DNA from: a virus
Taxonomy: Duplodnaviria > Heunggongvirae > Uroviricota > Caudoviricetes
Virus record (IMG/VR): IMGVR_UViG_2681813305_000007
Reading direction: 5' to 3' (one strand)
DNA length: 10,279 bases
In this document: positions 5,757-10,279 of the stretch, piece after piece
Position numbering within the stretch: position 1 is the stretch's first letter
Layout: each line of letters starts with the position of its first letter
Program-made: the position numbers and the translations under genes
The notes under the pieces: generated by a model
The model's input: only the letters and a program-made list of their open reading frames with translations
What the model was told of the DNA's origin: nothing
Databases searched by the model: none

Positions 5757-6409
5757 AACGCTACTCACTTATCTATGCCGACCCGGCCTGGTCTTACGGG
5801 AACACGATCAGCAACGGTGCCGCCGTCGACCACTACCCCACCATGAGCTTGCTCGATATGAAACGGCTCCCGGTGTGGGAGCTCGCCGCGGATAACGCCG
5901 TATTGGCGATGTGGTACACCGGCACCCACAACCAGGAGGCGATCGAGCTGGCCGAGGCCTGGGGCTTTACGGTGCGCACGATGAAGGGCTTCACCTGGGT
6001 GAAGTTGAATCAGCTGGCCGAGCTGCGCATTACCAAGGCTCTGGCAGAGGGCGATGTGACCGATTTTTACGACTTCCTCGCCCTGCTGAATGCCGAGACG
6101 CGCATGAACGGCGGCAACCACACCCGCGCCAATACCGAAGACGTGCTGATCGCCACCCGCGGCGCCGGGCTGGAGCGCAAGCACGCCGGCATTAAGCAGG
6201 TGGTCTACAGCCCACTCGGCGCGCACAGCGAGAAACCGTGGGAAGTTCGTCACCGACTGGAGTTGCTATACGGCGACGTACCGCGGATTGAGCTGTTCAG
6301 TCGCAGCGCAGCGCCAGGCTGGAGCCACTGGGGAAACCAATGCGCCACCGCTTCAGTTGAGCTGATACCTGGATGCGCCATCGACGTTGTTAAGACGGAG
6401 GCAGCATGA
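5753..6409 (+). CDS. MT-A70-family adenine (m6A) methyltransferase, 218 aa
   Basis: LIYADPAW (DPPW-type motif), FTWVK, HTRANTEDVLIA, HSEKP and RIELFSR...GWSHWGNQ motifs. Confidence 0.9.
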   Translation: MKRYSLIYADPAWSYGNTISNGAAVDHYPTMSLLDMKRLPVWELAADNAVLAMWYTGTHNQEAIELAEAWGFTVRTMKGFTWVKLNQLAELRITKALAEGDVTDFYDFLALLNAETRMNGGNHTRANTEDVLIATRGAGLERKHAGIKQVVYSPLGAHSEKPWEVRHRLELLYGDVPRIELFSRSAAPGWSHWGNQCATASVELIPGCAIDVVKTEAA

Positions 6410-7173
6410 GCAAGGGAACCATTATCTGCCTGTGCGATATCACTGGCGTCATGGCTGAGCCATGGGTCGAAGCAGGTTATCGCGCCGTCCTGGTGGACCC
6501 GCAGCACCCTGAAACTTCGATCGACGGTCCTGTTGAGCGCATATCAGCAACCATCCTTGAGGCGATGCCGCGGCTATCTCAGATTATCCGCTCTGAAAAC
6601 GTCGTCATCGTCATCGGCTTCCCGCCATGCACGGACGTTGCTGTTTCCGGTTCCCGCTGGTTCGAGTCCAAGCGCGCCAAAGACCCGCATTTCCAGGGCA
6701 AGGCTGCGCTGGTAGCTGAGCAATGCCGGATGGTTGGCTTGGCGGCTGGCTGCCCGTGGGCATTCGAAAACCCGGTGAGCGTGTTCAGTAGCATCTTCGG
6801 CTCAGCCGATTACACGTTCCATCCGTACCAGTTCACTGGGCTGTGCGCGGATGACAACTACACGAAGCAGACCTGCCTCTGGACGGGTAACGGCTTCAAG
6901 GCGCCGGCAGAGGATATTCACCCGCAAGTGGCACAGGCGATCGAACGCGTGAAGCAGTACTTTAGCCGGATGGTGCCGAAGAAGAAGGCACTGGAGGTGT
7001 TCAACTTTCATGGTGAGAACCTCATCGCTGACTGGTATCCGGACAACCGAATTCACGAATGCCCACCCAGCGACGAGCGCGCCAACATTCGCAGCGCTAC
7101 TCCCCTGGGCTTTGCAAGGGCCGTTTTCCTTTCGAATGCACCCCACCTCAATAAGAAACGGGAGGCAGCATGA
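6406..7173 (+). CDS. Phage C5-cytosine DNA methyltransferase-like protein, 255 aa
   Basis: Catalytic FPPCTD (motif IV) and FENP (motif VI). Motif I is atypical (LCDITGVM). Confidence 0.75.
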   Translation: MSKGTIICLCDITGVMAEPWVEAGYRAVLVDPQHPETSIDGPVERISATILEAMPRLSQIIRSENVVIVIGFPPCTDVAVSGSRWFESKRAKDPHFQGKAALVAEQCRMVGLAAGCPWAFENPVSVFSSIFGSADYTFHPYQFTGLCADDNYTKQTCLWTGNGFKAPAEDIHPQVAQAIERVKQYFSRMVPKKKALEVFNFHGENLIADWYPDNRIHECPPSDERANIRSATPLGFARAVFLSNAPHLNKKREAA

Positions 7174-7388
7174 CGCCAGAAGAAAAGAAAAATGCGCTCA
7201 GAAGCATCGCGCGCAGGGCTAACGATGAGGTTAAGGCACAACGGCGGTCATCTCCCGCTTTAAGTTGCGACGAGATATCACGACCGATCCTCAACGGATG
7301 CATGCCGCTGATAAAGCAGCTTGGGTTAACGCCAAGCCATCTCTATGTGGAGATAGGTATTTTGAACGGATATATAAAGGAGCGCTGA
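7170..7388 (+). CDS. 72-aa hypothetical phage protein
   Basis: ATGA-coupled to the upstream gene; GGGAGG SD. Confidence 0.75.
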   Translation: MTPEEKKNALRSIARRANDEVKAQRRSSPALSCDEISRPILNGCMPLIKQLGLTPSHLYVEIGILNGYIKER

Positions 7389-7389
7389 C

Positions 7390-7605
7390 ATGCCAGAAAT
7401 CATTGATCAAGCCAACGAGCTGGCAGAGCGCCGGCTGGAAATGACCATCCAGAACATGCGCATCAACCATAACGCAGTTTCAGCTACTCATTGCCGCGAC
7501 TGCGGGGAAGAGATACCCGAGCGGCGCCGGGAACTGGTGGCAGGATGCCAGCGCTGTGCTGATTGTCAGGAAGACGAGGAATTACGCGGTAAGCATCGGA
7601 GGTGA
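7390..7605 (+). CDS. TraR / DksA C4 zinc-finger protein (lambda Orf73-like), 71 aa
   Basis: CRDC...CADC zinc finger. N-terminal EIIDQA aligns with the TraR / Orf73 DxxDxA motif; AVSATHC matches Orf73 AISATHC. Confidence 0.92.
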   Translation: MPEIIDQANELAERRLEMTIQNMRINHNAVSATHCRDCGEEIPERRRELVAGCQRCADCQEDEELRGKHRR

Positions 7606-7606
7606 T

Positions 7607-7942
7607 ATGGCATCTGACAAACCGATAACAGCACAGCAGGCCGCCGATTTGCTCATCGTGTCTGCGCGGGTGATCTACCGCCTGATTGAGTCTGGGGAGC
7701 TCGCCGGCCGCAAGGTCGGCAACAAGTACAGAACGACCGAGGCTGCGTGTATTGCATATTTGAAAACCCCGCGCGATCCTGTCATCGCGAACGCGGGTGA
7801 ACATAAAGGAGAAGTTTTATGTCAATCACCCTCAGGGGCGGCGTGTGGCACTGTCATTTCTTTACGCCGTCAGGAAAAAGAGTTAGGCGATCTCTTGGCA
7901 CGGGGGACAAAAAGCAGGCTCAGGAGCTCCACGACAAGCTGA
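7607..7942 (+). CDS. xis: Excisionase (Xis, HTH_17-type), 111 aa
   Basis: ATG at 7607 with [45 protein letters not shown] winged HTH; overlaps int by 124 nt, as in P22 / DLP12-type modules. Confidence 0.85.
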   Translation: MASDKPITAQQAADLLIVSARVIYRLIESGELAGRKVGNKYRTTEAACIAYLKTPRDPVIANAGEHKGEVLCQSPSGAACGTVISLRRQEKELGDLLARGTKSRLRSSTTS

Positions 7943-8982
7943 AGGCGGAAGCGTGGCGGGTTGACCAGATCGGCGACCTGCCCGTCAGAACCTTCGAAGA
8001 GTGCTGCATCCGGTGGCTGCGCGAAAAAGACCATAAGCGATCGCTGGATGATGACAAAACCAAAATTGAGTTTTGGCTGCAGCATTTTTCCGGACGTGAT
8101 ATCTCGAAGATAACGGCGGAGGAAGTTCATGAAGCCGTTAATGGGATGAACAACCGTAAGCACCTTCAGGTGTGGGAGAGTAAGCGTGATGCCGCGATGA
8201 GGAAGGGAAAGCCGGTTCCGGAGTACAAACCACGGCAGGTTTCGCAGGCGACGAAGGCGCAACACCTTTCCTTCATTCGTTCCCTTCTCAGGGCCGCGGC
8301 GAATGACTGGGGCTGGATAAAAACAGCTCCAGTTATCAAAACCCGCAAGCCGATCAGTAAGAGGATACGGTGGCTGACCAGAGAAGAAGCTGAGCGGTTG
8401 ATCGAGTGCATGCCGGAGAGCATTAAGCCAGTGGTGATATTTGCACTGGCAACCGGCCTGCGCCGCTCAAACATCATCGGTCTTGAGTGGCAGCAGGTCG
8501 ATATGCAGAGAAAGGTTGCATGGGTAAATCCGGAGAACGCAAAAGCGGGCAAGGCGATTGGCGTAGCTCTGAATGATACCGCATGCAGGGTATTAAGGGA
8601 TCAGATAGGGAAGCACTCCCGGTGGGTGTTTGTTCACACGACGGCAAAGCATCGCCCTGATGGGACACTGACGCCCGCGGTTAGAAAAATGCGTGTGGAT
8701 GACAATAACGCCTGGCGCGCCGGGTTGAAAAAAGCGGGGATCGAGGATTTCCGTTTTCACGACCTCCGGCACACTTGGGCGAGCTGGCTAATTCAGTCCG
8801 GCGTCCCGCTTTCTGTTTTACAGGAAATGGGAGGATGGGAGAGCATCGAGATGGTACGTCGTTATGCTCACCTGGCGCCGAACCACCTGACCGAACACGC
8901 ACGGAAAATTGACGCCATTTTTGGCGCTAGCGACACAAATACGACACAAGGAGGAAATCAGGCTGGTTTAAAACTGGCGTAA
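7819..8982 (+). CDS. int: Tyrosine integrase (P22 / DLP12 IntD family), 387 aa
   Basis: Catalytic motifs GLRRSN, HDLRH, GW and RRY are intact; C-terminus closely follows DLP12 IntD; AAGGAG SD. Confidence 0.97.
   Translation: MSITLRGGVWHCHFFTPSGKRVRRSLGTGDKKQAQELHDKLKAEAWRVDQIGDLPVRTFEECCIRWLREKDHKRSLDDDKTKIEFWLQHFSGRDISKITAEEVHEAVNGMNNRKHLQVWESKRDAAMRKGKPVPEYKPRQVSQATKAQHLSFIRSLLRAAANDWGWIKTAPVIKTRKPISKRIRWLTREEAERLIECMPESIKPVVIFALATGLRRSNIIGLEWQQVDMQRKVAWVNPENAKAGKAIGVALNDTACRVLRDQIGKHSRWVFVHTTAKHRPDGTLTPAVRKMRVDDNNAWRAGLKKAGIEDFRFHDLRHTWASWLIQSGVPLSVLQEMGGWESIEMVRRYAHLAPNHLTEHARKIDAIFGASDTNTTQGGNQAGLKLA
8931..8949. repeat. Tandem arm-type integrase binding sites inside the 3' end of int
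   Basis: CGACACAA at 8931-8938 and 8942-8949 (11-bp period), about 50 bp from the tRNA 3' end. Confidence 0.6.
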
Positions 8983-8994
8983 GTGCTTGTTTCT

Positions 8995-9045
8995 TAATGG
9001 CACGCCCTACAGGATTCGAACCTGTGACCTACGGCTTAGAAGGCC
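8995..9045. other. Prophage att junction (core identity segment = 3' part of argU; limits approximate)
   Basis: The int stop at 8982 is 16 bp from the tRNA CCA end. IntD-family integrases use the 3' half of argU (DLP12 precedent). The second copy is not in the window. Confidence 0.7.
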
Positions 9046-9074
9046 GTTGCTCTATCCAGCTGAGCTAAGGGCGC
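8998..9074 (-). tRNA. argU: tRNA-Arg (anticodon UCU)
   Basis: GCGCCCTTAGCTCAGCTGGATAGAGCAACGGCCTTCTAAGCCGTAGGTCACAGGTTCGAATCCTGTAGGGCGTGCCA, 77 nt, intact cloverleaf with TTCGAA T-loop and encoded CCA. Confidence 0.98.
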
Positions 9075-9112
9075 CCTGAGAAGCGAGTGCTTCGCGGAGT
9101 GAAACGCGTGGA

Positions 9113-9140
9113 ATTATACGGTCCACGTCGGTTGAGTCAA
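9113..9140 (-). promoter_or_regulatory. argU promoter
   Basis: TTGACT (9140-9135), 16-bp spacer, TATAAT (9118-9113), followed by the GC-rich discriminator TCCACGCG typical of stable-RNA promoters. Confidence 0.85.
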
Positions 9141-9337
9141 TCCATTTTGCCAGGAAACTGCGGGCTTATACGACGCTGGCGAAATATCCCCCACCAACTG
9201 TACAAGAAGCATACCGCTGGGGCTCATGCGCGCGTAAATCGACTCAGTGGCCAGGCGCAACGCACCAATAACCATGTAATAACCATGGTCATAACAGGCT
9301 AAATTAGCCTCAGACAGGATAAAACAGCAAACGAGGA

Positions 9338-9366
9338 CTGACAGCGAGGCCCGCTTCTGACAAAAT
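9338..9366 (+). promoter_or_regulatory. Candidate folD promoter
   Basis: CTGACA (9338-9343), 17-bp spacer, CAAAAT (9361-9366), 46 bp upstream of the ATG. Confidence 0.5.
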
Positions 9367-9412
9367 ATCCTCATCCCCCTTTCGTAAAGATACAGATGGA
9401 ATCCTCTCTCTG

Positions 9413-10279
9413 ATGGCAGCAAAAATTATTGACGGTAAAACGATTGCGCAGCAGGTACGCTCTGAGGTTGCGGAAAAAGTGAAGGCTCGCGTTGCGGCCG
9501 GAAAACGCGCCCCTGGGCTGGCCGTGGTGCTGGTCGGCAGCAACCCGGCCTCGCAGATTTATGTCGGCAGCAAGCGCAAAGCATGTGAAGAAGTGGGCTT
9601 CGTCTCCCGCTCTTACGATCTCCCGGAAACCACCAGCGAAGCCGAGCTGCTGGAGCTTATCGACACTCTGAATGCCGATAAGACCATCGACGGTATTCTG
9701 GTTCAGCTGCCCCTGCCGGCAGGGATCGATAACGTCAAAGTTCTCGAGCGCATCGCGCCGGATAAAGACGTCGACGGCTTCCATCCTTACAACGTTGGCC
9801 GCCTGTGCCAGCGCGCGCCGCGCCTGCGTCCGTGCACTCCGCGCGGTATCGTGACCTTGCTGGAACGCTACAATATCGACACCTACGGCCTCAATGCGGT
9901 GGTCATTGGCGCCTCCAATATCGTCGGTCGCCCGATGAGTATGGAGCTGCTGCTGGCCGGCTGCACCACCACCGTCACCCACCGCTTTACAAAAAACCTG
10001 CGCCATCATGTCGAAAACGCCGACCTGCTGATCGTCGCGGTGGGCAAACCGGGCTTTATTCCTGGCGAGTGGATTAAAGAAGGGGCGATTGTGGTCGATG
10101 TCGGCATCAACCGTCTGGAAAGCGGCAAAGTGGTCGGCGACGTGGTGTATGAAGATGCCGCCGAACGCGCGTCCTACATCACCCCGGTTCCCGGCGGCGT
10201 TGGCCCGATGACCGTCGCCACCCTGATCCAGAACACGCTGCAGGCGTGCGAAGAGTATCACGACGTTGAGGAGGCCTGA
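9413..10279 (+). CDS. folD: Bifunctional methylenetetrahydrofolate dehydrogenase / cyclohydrolase, 288 aa (host)
   Basis: [26 protein letters not shown] and [12 protein letters not shown] signature motifs; host-like codon usage. Confidence 0.99.
   Translation: MAAKIIDGKTIAQQVRSEVAEKVKARVAAGKRAPGLAVVLVGSNPASQIYVGSKRKACEEVGFVSRSYDLPETTSEAELLELIDTLNADKTIDGILVQLPLPAGIDNVKVLERIAPDKDVDGFHPYNVGRLCQRAPRLRPCTPRGIVTLLERYNIDTYGLNAVVIGASNIVGRPMSMELLLAGCTTTVTHRFTKNLRHHVENADLLIVAVGKPGFIPGEWIKEGAIVVDVGINRLESGKVVGDVVYEDAAERASYITPVPGGVGPMTVATLIQNTLQACEEYHDVEEA

Larger units (their letters stand above)
1..9040. mobile_element. Lambdoid prophage, partial (replication, immunity, recombination and integration modules), integrated at argU; continues beyond position 1
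   Basis: Canonical lambdoid gene order helicase-O-cII-cro-cI-(pL operon)-gam-bet-exo-xis-int ending at a tRNA 3' end. The right boundary is approximate because the second att copy is outside the window. Confidence 0.96.

Noticed and set aside
4512-6794. Numerous alternative-frame and antisense ORFs over bet, exo and the methyltransferases
   Set aside because: They overlap well-supported genes in GC-rich DNA and lack motifs or SD sequences.
7744-7780. Possible pI (CII-activated int promoter) inside xis: CTGC-GTGTA-TTGC and TTGCAT-17-GATCCT
   Set aside because: Shares TGCGTGT with pRE, but the repeat spacing is 9 bp rather than the 10 bp CII needs, and the repeats do not flank the candidate -35. 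Not supportable without data.
9630-9637. Chi site (GCTGGTGG, minus strand) in folD
   Set aside because: Ordinary host feature; a single occurrence is uninformative.
9371-10261. 296-aa minus-strand ORF antisense to folD
   Set aside because: Shadow ORF expected from the strong codon bias of folD; no motifs or SD.

Overview
Roughly 9.0 kb of the early and integration region of a lambdoid prophage, joined at its int-proximal end to an enterobacterial (Klebsiella-like) chromosome at the argU tRNA-Arg(UCU) gene upstream of folD. The leftward operon (minus strand, from pR) has cro, a short cII, a 48-aa orf48-like gene, an O-like initiator carrying the origin iterons, and the 5' part of a P22 gp12-type DnaB helicase. 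The immunity region has a LexA-type cI, six ATCGC-N4-GCGAT operators, pR, pRM and pL, plus candidate pRE and pO/oop promoters. The rightward operon (plus strand, from pL) has four small ORFs (two are membrane micro-proteins missing from the ORF track), gam-bet-exo, an orf60a-like gene, tandem orphan m6A-like and m5C-like methyltransferases, a TraR/Orf73-like zinc finger, xis and int. Most notable: I can see no N, cIII, kil or canonical nut site. Instead both early transcripts carry the same 13-nt TCCAAACAACACC element next to a GC hairpin, and the predicted pRE transcript starts with its exact complement. CII also lacks the usual tetramerisation helix. Together these suggest a non-canonical lysis/lysogeny and antitermination logic; this is inference and is untested. 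Family assignments rest on remembered reference sequences, not database searches.
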